A DNA stretch of 61,499 nt, the filler included, from Piptocephalis cylindrospora (taxonomy: Eukaryota), in NCBI GenBank assembly GCA_003614145.1. It is 3 parts of 3 records of this genome, joined end to end, with 100 filler letters (N's around TTAATTAATTAA, not from the genome) between each part and the next. Parts side by side here need not be neighbours in the genome. Positions count along the whole stretch, not along the records: positions 1 to 20,581 come from KZ987815.1; 2 more parts are not named here. One strand, given 5' to 3'. Positions 1 through 10,722 of the stretch are shown piece by piece (position 1 is the first letter of the stretch; each line of letters opens with the position of its first letter). The notes beneath the pieces were generated by a model. The model saw nothing but the letters and a program-made list of their open reading frames with translations, was not told the origin of the DNA and did not search any database. A program made the translations under genes and the position numbers.

Positions 1-1518
1 AAATGGAGTAAAAGGAAGAGGTGATGAGGGGGGAAGGGGGAAGGGAAGAATTAGGGCGGGAGGGAGGAGGGAGTTGAAGGAGGAATCGGTGGAGCCAATC
101 TTCTCAACAAGGACCTTGAGGGCAGCCTCGGTGGGCTCACCCACATTCCTGTAACCGTCCTTGGGGTCAAAAACAATGTGGGCATCATTACAAAGGGCGC
201 AGACCTTAGCGACCTCGGTCAGGAGGGGCCTATCGATAGCAGGGGCCTCGAGGATACCCTGGGACATGGGGAGGGAGATGGAGCCGTCAGGGGCGTAGGA
301 GGTGCCTTCGACGTGGAATTCCTCGACGGTGGAGGCCGAGGTCATGAGGGCGATGCGGGTAACGCTCATCTGATTGGTGGTGAGGGTACCTGTCTTGTCG
401 GAGCAAATGACACTGGTGCATCCCAGAGTCTCGACAGAGGGAAGGGAGCGAACAATGGCATTTTGAGCAGCCATCTTGCGGGTTCCCAGGGCAAGGCAAG
501 TGGTGATGACGACGGCAAGACCCTCGGGGATGGCAGCGACGGCCAGGGCAACAGCGATCTTGAAGTAGTAAACGGCACCCTTGACCCAGCCATGATGGGA
601 GGGGTCGGAGAAGTTGCGGATGTTGACGAGCCAGACGAGGATACAGACGACGGTAATGACCTTGGCGAGGGCATCGCCGAGATCATCCAGCTTACGCTTG
701 AGTGGGGTTTTTTCGGCAATCTGGGAGGTAATAGAGGTGTGGATGTCGCCGATGGCGGTGGAGGAGCCGGTCTGGACGACGACGGCACGGGCCTTACCCA
801 TGACGACGCTAGTACCGGAGAAGAGCATGTTGAGCATGTCCTGCTTGACAGCATGGTCATCGGAGATGGGGGAAGTCTGTTTGGTGACGGAGACGGCCTC
901 GCCGGTGAGGATGGCCTGATCAATACGAAGCTGGGAGGTGTGGATAGCGAGGACACGGCAATCAGCAGGGATCTTATCACCCACGGAAATATCGACAATG
1001 TCGCCAGGGACAAGTTCGACGGCGTGAATCTTCTGGACCTTACCGGACCGAACGACCTTGGCCTCATCGGGCGAGTACTCCTTGAGGGCTTCGATGGCCT
1101 TTTCGGCGTTGGTCTCCTGGATGACGCCGACCGTGGCGTTGGCGATGAGAATGAGTAGAATAACGATGGGCTCGACAAAGGCGGAAGCACCCTCCTCCCC
1201 GTCCTCGAGCATAGCAAGGACAAAGGAGACTACGGCAGCGATGATGAGGATGATGACGAGTTGATCCTTGAATTGCTCGACAATCAGTTCCCAAAGAGGA
1301 GTTGGAGGGTCCTCGGGAAGTTCTATGGAAGGGGAGGGAGTAAGCGACGTGCATTCATATATACATATATATATATATATATATGAGGGAGACGACTCAC
1401 CATTGGGACCGTAGATTTCAGTGTTGGTACGAATTTGCTCGGGGGACAAACCCTGATCGGGCTGAATCTGAAACCGATCAAGGACCTCCTTGGAGCTCCG
1501 TACGTAGGCGTCGTTCAT
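1..1518 (-). CDS. SERCA-type (P2A) Ca2+-transporting P-type ATPase, 5' portion (continues beyond window start)
   Basis: Manual translation from ATG 1518 with intron 1323-1400 (GTGAGT..TAG) gives [130 protein letters not shown]. These are SERCA signature motifs, including the DKTGT phosphorylation site. Confidence 0.95.
   Translation of the reverse strand, partial: MNDAYVRSSKEVLDRFQIQPDQGLSPEQIRTNTEIYGPNGESSPSYIYIYICIYECTSLTPSPSIELPEDPPTPLWELIVEQFKDQLVIILIIAAVVSFVLAMLEDGEEGASAFVEPIVILLILIANATVGVIQETNAEKAIEALKEYSPDEAKVVRSGKVQKIHAVELVPGDIVDISVGDKIPADCRVLAIHTSQLRIDQAILTGEAVSVTKQTSPISDDHAVKQDMLNMLFSGTSVVMGKARAVVVQTGSSTAIGDIHTSITSQIAEKTPLKRKLDDLGDALAKVITVVCILVWLVNIRNFSDPSHHGWVKGAVYYFKIAVALAVAAIPEGLAVVITTCLALGTRKMAAQNAIVRSLPSVETLGCTSVICSDKTGTLTTNQMSVTRIALMTSASTVEEFHVEGTSYAPDGSISLPMSQGILEAPAIDRPLLTEVAKVCALCNDAHIVFDPKDGYRNVGEPTEAALKVLVEKIGSTDSSFNSLLPPALILPFPLPPSSPLPFTPF
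1357..1384. repeat. (AT)n microsatellite inside SERCA intron 1
   Basis: A near-perfect AT run is visible in the sequence. Confidence 0.85.
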
Positions 1519-2177
1519 GCTGACAATAGGGTGTCAGTAGAGGGAGGTGAGAAGGTTTGGCAAAATGAGTCAACAGGCCAAGAGAGGGAAAGGGAGGGGG
1601 AAGAGAAATGGAAAGATAATAGATCAGGAAGAGTGGAGGGGAGAGGAGAATGAAGGGGGAATGTTTGGGGAGGGGGGAATGGGATAATGATGAGCCAGGG
1701 ATATTTTAGTGCTCCAGGAGAGACGAGGGTTAGGCGTGGTATTTAAAGGGAGGAAGGGGAGACCGGTGAGGGAGGGCGAGGGTGAACGCGGAGTTGATGG
1801 GGGCAGCGTATCTTTGGAGAGGGGAGAGTGGGAGAGCACACAGACACGCTCCATCCTTGACTCATGCTGCTTGGGTACAGGGCGGGGCTAAGGCTAAGGG
1901 CTGGCGTTGACGTGTCGGAGGATGGTAAGCTAGGGCGATGGTGGTTGGGACCTACGCTCCCTATGACACGGTGGTTGAGTCAGTATGTGTGTGTGTATGT
2001 GTATGTGTGTGTATGTATGTGTGGGAGACAGGACAGAGTAAGTTATGAGGGGGAAGGGGAAGGGCGTGGAAGGCCCGAGATTCTCGTTAGATCTTCTCCA
2101 CCACCACACCTGTTTCTTTGCTTGGTGGTTGTAGTTATCCCCACGCGCTTGGAAGGGATCTTATTCAGCAGAATTTG

Positions 2178-2212
2178 ACACACCCACACACTCACACACA
2201 CACACACACACA
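2178..2212. repeat. (CA)n microsatellite; a complementary (TG/TATG)n tract lies at ~1985-2022
   Basis: Both dinucleotide runs are visible in the region upstream of SERCA. Confidence 0.85.
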
Positions 2213-2227
2213 CCGTGATACAGTGGA

Positions 2228-2300
2228 CTTGAACATTTCACTGTTTACCATTACTACAGTGAGGCCTTGGACATTTCACTGTGTACCATTACTACAGTGA
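2228..2300. repeat. Tandem 38-bp repeat (2 copies), each containing the palindrome TCACTGT-N11-ACAGTGA
   Basis: cttgaacatttcactgtttaccattactacagtga (2228-2262) vs cttggacatttcactgtgtaccattactacagtga (2266-2300). Confidence 0.9.
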
Positions 2301-2859
2301 AGACGGACAACTACCCAGTTTGTGTCTACTATATATCTAGTAAGAGAAGTATGGACATCAAGACCAATCTAGCCTGTTTGGAGCAGATAAAAGATGTTAG
2401 GATAGATCTGGCCAAGAGATGTATGTGCAGTTTGCTGTGACACGCCCACACCCTGACTGGTTCATCGTGGCTGGAAGGGAGAGGATAACAGGTGCAAACG
2501 ATTCAACATGGGAAATGCCAAGGAACGCTGATCTTCCTCCAAAAATAGAAGAGAGGACTATGGAGTCATGATAGATCGTTTGCAGATTTAAGACAAACCT
2601 GATCACACACTTGCCCGTCTGACCGGGAGGGGAAAAGTAATTCCCTTGCAGAATGAATTGCAATAAAGTCATATATATTTTGTTGAGATGGAGAGGATGA
2701 TCTCAGCCAGAAGTAAGGTGGATCTTCATGTCCTGTCGAAGAGAAGAGATCCTCCGCCTATAACACTATCTCTTTCTCACCCTTCTTGTCTCGTTTCTAC
2801 GGCTGCCTCTTTCCCATCCATATTTTCTCATCCCTACAACTGACTCTTTCGCTCATGCA

Positions 2860-4041
2860 TCATTGATCCTTCCCATTCTTGTCGTCGGCGTCGACGCGTG
2901 CAAGCTGCTTCGAAGCCCCAACCAGCTGGACCACACTGATCACCTGCTTTCCAAAACAAATCGGGCCGGAGAGGAGGGCCATGCCAAGGACAAGATCCAG
3001 TTCCATGGCTGTTCCAACAAAGACTATGACGGAGGAGAGGCTGAGTGCTTGCTTTAAATAAGTCGGGGGCAGAACAGAAAAGGCCCTCTTACCCAGATGA
3101 TGAATATCAAAGGAAAGGAGGTATAGGGATTGGAAAAAGAGTTCGTTGCACGCACAGAACAAAAAGAGAATATTCTGCACGGAGGGGGGGAAGGGATGAG
3201 TAAGGAGAAGAAGGACTCAAGGGGCGCCCTCCAAGGAGAAAAAGAAGAAATATAGCCTCACCTGATCTGTATAGTAAGCACGAAGGATGGGATTGGAGGA
3301 TTTGTCCATGGCCTTGTGGCTCTTAGCCCCCAAAGTCAATGAGCTAGGGGAGGGATGAGGAGGTATGAGGAAAAGGGTCGGTCCCGCCGACACGTCTCTC
3401 CAATACACATACCTGTACATGTGCATGTAATGACTAGAAATGTCTAGGGAGATGAGCAATTGAAAGGCAAAAGCCCATTGAGGATAAACCATGGCAAGAT
3501 AGCACATGAGTCCGGTGGTAGAACATCTATTGGGTTGAGTAATGATGAGAACGAGGCCTACGATCGCATGGACGATATGTCCATTCCCAGAGAGAGAGAG
3601 AGAGAGAGACTGAATAACTCACCTATCCGTGACCATATCCAACACTGAGCCAAATTTACTGCCTAGAGCCCCCCATCCAGGAAAGAAAAGGTAAGAACAA
3701 TGTTATATATATAGAGAGGGAGAGAAGGGAGTACTACAATAACAACTCACACTGGTCAAAGTACCGAGCCGCCTTGCCGTCAAAGGCATCCAAAAGCACA
3801 GACACCGAGTACATGCCCATACACAGCCAAGGCGACGTCGGCATATAGTAAAAGGAAGCTGCGGCCAGGATGACCCTGGCGTAGCCTACGGGAACGAAAG
3901 GCGGGAAAACAATGAGTCATCGAGGGGAAGGAGGGATACCAAGACGGTAATAAGCCTAGATTTACCAATCAGGTTAGGAATATAGTAAAAGACATCCGAA
4001 GGCCTTACGGCGTCCTTGGTCTCTTTCTTTATCGGGCTCAT
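2860..4041 (-). CDS. PIS1: CDP-diacylglycerol--inositol 3-phosphatidyltransferase (phosphatidylinositol synthase), multi-exon
   Basis: Spliced translation MSPIKKETK..VFYYIPNLIGYARVIL..LLDAFDGKAARYFDQ..SKFGSVLDMVTDR..LDISSHYMHMY..LFLFCACNELFF. It carries the CDP-alcohol phosphatidyltransferase DxxDGxxAR..GxxxDxxxD motif. Confidence 0.95.
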
Positions 4042-4639
4042 GACAAATGGGAGGTGGGAAGGAGAGAGTATAGAGGGGGAACCAAGAAGAGAAGGGGGGA
4101 AAAGTGCCAAAGAGCGTCTAGTCGCAGATTCCCTGGATGGACCAGGCATCCATCAACCACCCCCTTTTCTTCTTGATCAGCCTTACAGTGACACAGGAAA
4201 TTTTATCCCTTTTCCCATTTAGAGGGTTTCTTCATGAAGGACCAATTTAAACCTTCCTCGATGAACCCTGCATCCCAGTAGATACGTGGGAGTATCTATA
4301 TATCACGACCATGATATCAAGAAGCGCAAAGGCAATTTCAACGAAAACATCCCATGATTCCCTATTTTCATGAAAAATAGACCCATCCACCAGCAGTAAT
4401 GTTGTATAGACACCTCATTGATCTCCCATAGATTACAATAAGGCTAAAAGGCAACTCCCTTCTTGGGGAAACAGATAGGCCCTGCATGAAGGAAAATGAC
4501 ACCTACTTGATGCATCACCATCCATAGTAGAGGAAACAATGGACACCCTCTCCTCACTAGACGCATGAGGATGAGACATTCCAAGCTGTATAAGCTGAAG
4601 AAAAAGGAGCACGCATACATTTTCCCCACTCCACCCATC

Positions 4640-5930
4640 CTAGGCACCCTCCAAGCTGGATTTACCCAGCATGCCCTTGTCTGGATTTCGGATCACTCTA
4701 AGAATCAACCATGAACTAGATGAGTCTATCACCATCTAATGCAACCCTACCCAATGCAACTCTGTCCAATACAATGACTTACAATTTTCCATGGTACCTA
4801 GGAGTGTAATCCTCGGAATCATCCAACTCTTCATTTGCTGTAGCGCTGGCATCATCCCCTTCATCGACAGGGCGAGGATCCACCCAGCTGGCCGACCATT
4901 TCCTTGGGGCTGTTGCCGGGGCCACTGCTCCGGTCCCCGCTGGATCCTTAACGTGAGAATCTTCTATATGAGGGATAAGTAAGTGATTTCGCTCTCATCA
5001 CCTCCCTTTCATGAGCACGCACTATAAATGGCTGCAGAGGTGGCCAAGGCATCTGTTGAGGCCATCCTCTCTTGTAGAACGGAGCCCCGGGCATCCAAAG
5101 CTCTGCGGCTCCTCTGTCGTCGACGGCACAAGAGGAATGCGGCCAAGAGACCAAGGACTAAGAGTAGACCCCCTCCACCAACGGAGGCTCCCAAAATAAT
5201 CTTGGTTTTGGTGGAGAGTCCTGTGGATGGTGGGGGGACGTGGCTCACTTCCACCTCCCCTCCAGGCGAGGCGGTATTACTATTATTACTCACCGAGTAC
5301 AACGACACGGAGTCCCTGTAGGAGGATAGACATACATACAGTCAAGGATGAGGGGGTGTTATAGGCCTCATTTGAAACATTCCCTCTACTTACACTCCTC
5401 CACACATGGTACTCGGCTGGATTTGACATGGCATGTTACAGGCCGCATCTTCCAGTCTTGGTCCCTAGATCCTTCAAGTTGAGTGCCCCTGTAGCCACTG
5501 ATTTCCCCCTTCCATAAGCACCCTACTCAACATACTTTAAGGGTAGAGCCTCCACAGTAACACATGGTTCCATTTCGGATCCCGGCGCGGGTCAAGTGGT
5601 TAGAGGAGCAATATCGTGAACAAAGTGAAGGTAGCTAGAGACTAGGTGAGTCCGATGGATTTTCATGAATAAAGATTTAAAAGGACGCCCTACCATCATG
5701 ATGGACACATAGGGACTAGCTTTCCCAGCCGTTACCAGACCGTTCAGATCTACTGAGGACGCGTTATAGCATCCAAGATACTCATCTGATGAGGATGTCA
5801 CATTTGAAGGTGAGAAATCAAGGACAACCGTGGGATTGACATGAAGAATAGACATACCGGAGAGAGTATTCATAAAGAGGGTGAGAAACCCAAGGATCCT
5901 GAACCCTAGAATGGCTTTCCATGGACCCAT
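4640..5930 (-). CDS. Wsc1-family cell-wall stress sensor (signal peptide, WSC domain, single TM helix, cytoplasmic tail), multi-exon
   Basis: Hydrophobic N-terminus (MGPWKAILGFRILGFLTLF). Eight-Cys WSC pattern YLGCY..CSRYC..AGIRNGTMCYCG..CNMPC..MCGG. TM IILGASVGGGGLLLVLGLLAAFLLC followed by RRRQR. The spliced tail DDSEDYTPRYHGKLVIRNPD resembles the Wsc C-terminal DY..L.V.NPD motif. Stop at 4640-4642. Confidence 0.85.
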
Positions 5931-6961
5931 TTTATCTGACTCAATAAAATATGCACTGCTAACGATGAGCCGTTTGGAGGGATACTTGAGAATGGGAAGG
6001 ACTAAAGGACAATAGAACGACTGAGGGGATAGGATAATGATGCCGAGGTGAAGGAAAGAGAATACTGAGGCGAAGGAAAAAGGATGCTGAGGTGAAGAAA
6101 AGAAGGAGGATGGAAGATGAGGCAAGAGTACCAGTCTGACACCCTCCATCTTGGTGGTGAGGGGGGCATGTCAAGTCATATTTGACAGACTAATGGTCCC
6201 ATTCCATCCTGTCAGGCTATCCCCTCCTCACCACCATTACGATGCAGTAAAGATAATACGGCAAGAGGGTGAGGGGCGGGAAAGGATCTCTAGAGTAACT
6301 ATCTCTGCATCCCCAATGGGCTCCACCCGAGTATCTCTCTTCCCCTCAACCATTTCAAGTTCCAATGCATGGACATGGGAGACAGATAGGCGTGTGGGTA
6401 TGAGTAGAGCGGGGCGTGCACCACTTAGTCCCAGTCAACGATCAGTGGTGTCAAGTATGCTTCTATTTATATCCCCACTGTGTCACCTCCAAATTCAGAG
6501 GGAGGGATAGAAGAAGCCACCGCTTAAACAGTGAGCTCCTCTCTATGCCTCCTTTTTCCAAGGAGGATATTCTCGGTAGACATAGTTAAGCTGCCTCTAG
6601 AGTATCTATAGGTTGCAGAGCAATTCCGGGATGGTGGTATCCATCCATCTTCCATAAGATGACTAGCGGAAACACCATCATCACTAGATGAGCACTCTAT
6701 CTCCTTTATATCCTTAGCTTCAAAACGTACCTGACTATTACGGTAAAATCGAGGATGAATCTGAGGAGATCAGACCTCTATGAACTACCATACTCATAAG
6801 CCAAGCCAACCTCAGCGCACTTGGGTAACCATTCTGGTAAGCGGGGTTGATCAACCAGTGTGCGGTTCCTTCTCTTCGACTTGGTAGATCCTAAGCCACC
6901 CTCTTTCCCTCATCCTTCATTCCTACTTAAACCCCTCCCCAATCCATACACCATCCACACC

Positions 6962-7462
6962 ATGAGCGGCATTGATGAAGACAAGCTCCACCAGGTACAG
7001 ATACAGCCCTTCCCCTCTCTTCCCACCCCACTCAACCATGCTCTCCCCATCAGATCCTAGTGGTCATGCAGAATAAGATGATTGAGGATAACCGTGCCTT
7101 GACCTCTACACGCGCCCAACTTCAGGCTAAGGACCGGGAGAGACGTCTGGCTGATATGACCCTTCGGGAGTTGGCTCCTCTCCCAGATGCCGTTCGGTCT
7201 TATGAATCCGTTGGAAAGATGTAGGTTCATCTGACTAGTCCTGACATGGCCACATCACATCTCATCTCTCCTCATCCCTCCCAGGTTCATGCTCTCGGAC
7301 ATGCCAACGCTCAAGAAGAAACTCACTGACCGGTCCACTGAGGTTACCGATTCCATGCGCGTCCTGGAAAAGAAACAAATTTACCTGCAAAAGCAAATGG
7401 AGGAAACCAATGCTAATCTCCGTGAGATTACTCATCGTTCCTCCACCGCCTCTTCCTCTTAA
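6962..7462 (+). CDS. PFD1: Prefoldin subunit 1 (beta-type), 3 exons
   Basis: MSGIDEDKLHQ/ILVVMQNKMIE..AKDRERRLADMTLRELAPLPDAVRSYESVGKM/FMLSDMPTL..LEKKQIYLQKQMEETNANLREI. The Y.SVGKMF hairpin lies between two coiled coils. Confidence 0.9.
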
Positions 7463-7492
7463 TGGGATCCAGCTCTTGGAAAGTTTATTTCT

Positions 7493-7527
<35 letters not shown>

Positions 7528-7703
7528 ATCTTTCTCTTTCTGAAAAAAGATCTTTCCTTTCCAATCTATATCAATATGGCATGAACCATTGGCCCGTCCA
7601 ACCTTTCTCGCCACCCTTATGCAGACGCAAGAAACGTCATTTATTGTCACTTAAATCATCTATATACAGTATATCCCTTTTTGAAACCTCCAATCACCAT
7701 TCC

Positions 7704-9917
7704 TTACACATCCGGAACAAAGAGGTCGCTAATCCGGAGCTCCTCCCGACCTCCCCATTGTACACTCACCCACTGCACCGTCTCCATCCACACCCAGAGC
7801 CGGAGGAAAAGGCCTGCACCCCAAAGGACCTCCCGACCCGGAAGCACCCTATCTTTGGCCCCTTCAAGGAGACCCTGCTCAGCCCGTACCCTCCCGACAT
7901 CCCGAAGGATCGGAAGCGCCACCTTGAGGAGATCCAGGTCTGGATTCAGCCGACGCCCAATCCCCTCCAGGATCAGAATCGACACAAACACATTAACAAA
8001 GTCCCCAGCAAGTCGCACATGATGCTCACGAACCAAGTGCATGATCACTGTGAGAATATCCGCAATATGCACCTGCGATAATGACATGGTCTGGTCCCGC
8101 ACCCTCTCCACCAGCCCCTGAACCCCTCGGGCAAATTCCTCGGGCTCAATCGCCAGTTCAGGGGATTGACACCGTTCAACCATCAAAGTCCCCGCTCTGT
8201 ACCTAGGGAGATCAGGGAAGAAAAGAGATGAGAAAAAGATGAGAATTAGGAGAGCAGCAAGGATGATAATACGTAGACATTCCTCTCTCTCCCTTCCTTC
8301 CTCCTCCCCTCCCTTCCTCTACTAACCCATCAAATTCAGCCACGGCCTGGAAGAGATCCAGAAAATTTCTTCGATTTTTTTCATCCAGCTCGGTCACCAG
8401 GCCTGCATCTAAAAAGACTAGCTGAGGAAGGTAGCCCTTGCGCCATAATCGGTTCAGCTCCTCCTGCAAGGCCGCATCATCGTCCTTTAGGTCGGACAAG
8501 CGATGCACAGCCTCCCTATCCATTGGAGTGGTTGGTGGAGCTAGGTTAAAGTAGGAGGCGAAACGGCGACGAAGATAGATGAGTGGCGGGGGTGGGGGAA
8601 CCAGCTGCACGATAATATTTCCTGGGTGTAGATCCGCATGTACAAAGTTGTCAATGATCAGCATGTGTAGGAACGCATCAAGACCAATCCCAGAAATGGC
8701 CCGGTCATAACTTGTTCCCGAGGATTCCAAGAATTTGCGCATTGGGATTCCCTCCACATACTCCTCCACGAGAACATTGGACTCGGTGAGCCCGGAGAAA
8801 GATTTGGGGAAATGGATCTCATACCGGTATTTGAAACCCTCCTTGAACCGCTGCAGATGCTCTGCTTCAATCCGCAGATCTAGTTGTGCCCGCATCATCT
8901 CTCCAAACACATCCACCTCGTCAGGCAATGCCAACCATGAGCATCCCGGAATCAGAGATATCCCATGTGCCAGGATCGACATGAGCCGAAGGTCCCTTTG
9001 CACCTGCTCCTCCGCCCCCGGGTGCAGAACCTTGATAGCCACCGTGCATGGCAGTGTATGAGGCAAGGACTCCTTCCGGAACGTTGCCTTGTAGACCTAT
9101 CCATCGGGAATCAGAAGGCTTGAATGAGATCCTCTCTCCCTTCTTCTCGACATTGAAAAAACCTCATGTGACTTACCTGAGCGATAGCACCTACCCCCAG
9201 AGGTTCCGGATCAAAGGAGGAAAAGAGCTCCTCCAAGGTCTTTCCACCAAAGGCAGCTTCCACTAACGCGCGCGTCTCGTGGAAAGGATGGGCTTGGGCG
9301 CGAGAATGAAGGCGGGAAAGCCGACGGCACAGCTCAATCGGGAAGAGGTCCGTTCGTGTGGCCGCCCATTGGGCTAATTTGATGAATGTCGGTCCAGCTC
9401 GTTGCATCTGACCCACGATAATGTCATACCACCACAATGTCCCGCTCCGCTCCTGACCGTAGGCATTACGATCCCGGGATCCAGATAGGGCAATGGGCGA
9501 AAGAAATAGAATGGGCGACAGAAGGATGATGAGATGAATTGCCCTGGTAAGGGTGAGTATAGGCTCCAGGATACGGGTTTCCAAGAAGCGGCGTAGCGCA
9601 TGGAGCACACGGACAATAAAGTGCTTGGGGTAGGTGGGCACCGAATGCTCTGGTGAAGGTACAGGGATCTGGAGAGGGAGAGGGGCAGCTGAGGCGCTAT
9701 CCATGAGAAGGGCGGTCGACACAACCCCAACAGTAGCAGTAGCTCCCATAGATACGACCCACCATCCGTGGGGCCTGCGCGTAGATACCCTGCTCGTCAG
9801 TAATCGGGAGAAGCGGGGTGTGGACCGAGGGAGAGGACAGGTAGACTTCAGGCCTAATCCTTGGGCTAATGACCTCGGCCCGGGAAGCCGATTAGGTGCA
9901 AGCCAAGAACGAAACAT
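7704..9917 (-). CDS. Mitochondrial UbiB/ABC1 atypical kinase (ADCK2/Cqd1-like), 3 exons
   Basis: Arg-rich presequence; GPTFIKLAQWAATRTDLF; PLGVGAIAQVYKA; VAIKVLHP; QLDLRIEA; DNFVHADLHPGNI; LDAGLV; ILEGIGRRLNPDLDLL. Confidence 0.92.
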
Positions 9918-10722
9918 GTACGAAGGAAGGATAAGGATGACGGCAAAGGAAGGTTATTGGAATAGAGAGAGGTGGAGGGGAAGGAACAGGTATAACCATA
10001 TACGCCATGTCCCTGAATGTGTCACAATATGTACGCCCATGGATTTTGTGCCTCCAATATGACGGAGTAGATCTCAGGTCCACCCCCATCCCATATCTAG
10101 ATTCCAGTGTGGCAACCTGTATGGTGTTACCGCATCACAGGGGATAAGGGATGCATGGAGTCCAGTGTGCTCTCGCTCTCACTCTCACCCACTGTCACTT
10201 GTGACCTAGCCAGACCTCAATTCCCACTTACCTGGGAGCGCGTTTGGATTGAATCTGGTCTCTTTAAAGGCAGAGCCATAAGGATTCATATACTAATTGA
10301 CTAATAGCTCATTGATGATCATCATCAACACCTGGTTGCAGTGGAACTGTCAACGTATAGACAAGGCGGTCAAGCCTTCCACGAATCCCCGTCTTGGGGG
10401 AACAACAGAACCACAGGCTAAGGTGGAGGTGTATTTTTTTGTGTTAAAAAGTGTATTATCTTATGGAGGAATCACCTAGGGACAGAAATACAGGGTGAGG
10501 GGGGCTTAAAGAGCACCAGGAATCACTAAAGTGGGACGTGGATATGGATGGAAACCACGCATAATCGGACAGATGAAACAGCGCGACATTTCACTTTGAA
10601 CGCGTGTGGCCTCAGCATCAACAATAAAACGATGTGGATCTCCAGGATCCTAATGGCGTGTATGTTCACCCCTGCTTGCTTTCCCCACATCACTCTTTTC
10701 TTCCATAAGCCCCTCAACAAGC

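Noticed and set aside
178..1158. 326-aa plus-strand ORF
   Set aside because: Antisense shadow of SERCA; biased codon usage keeps the opposite frame open and it has no recognisable motifs.
2228..2300. CRISPR-like palindromic repeat
   Set aside because: Only two copies, essentially no spacer, no cas genes and a eukaryotic context.
10225..10240. U1 snRNA-like ACTTACCTGG (also CTTACCTG at ~21011)
   Set aside because: No U1 stem-loop I/II motifs or Sm site follow; more simply the reverse complement of a splice-donor-like sequence.
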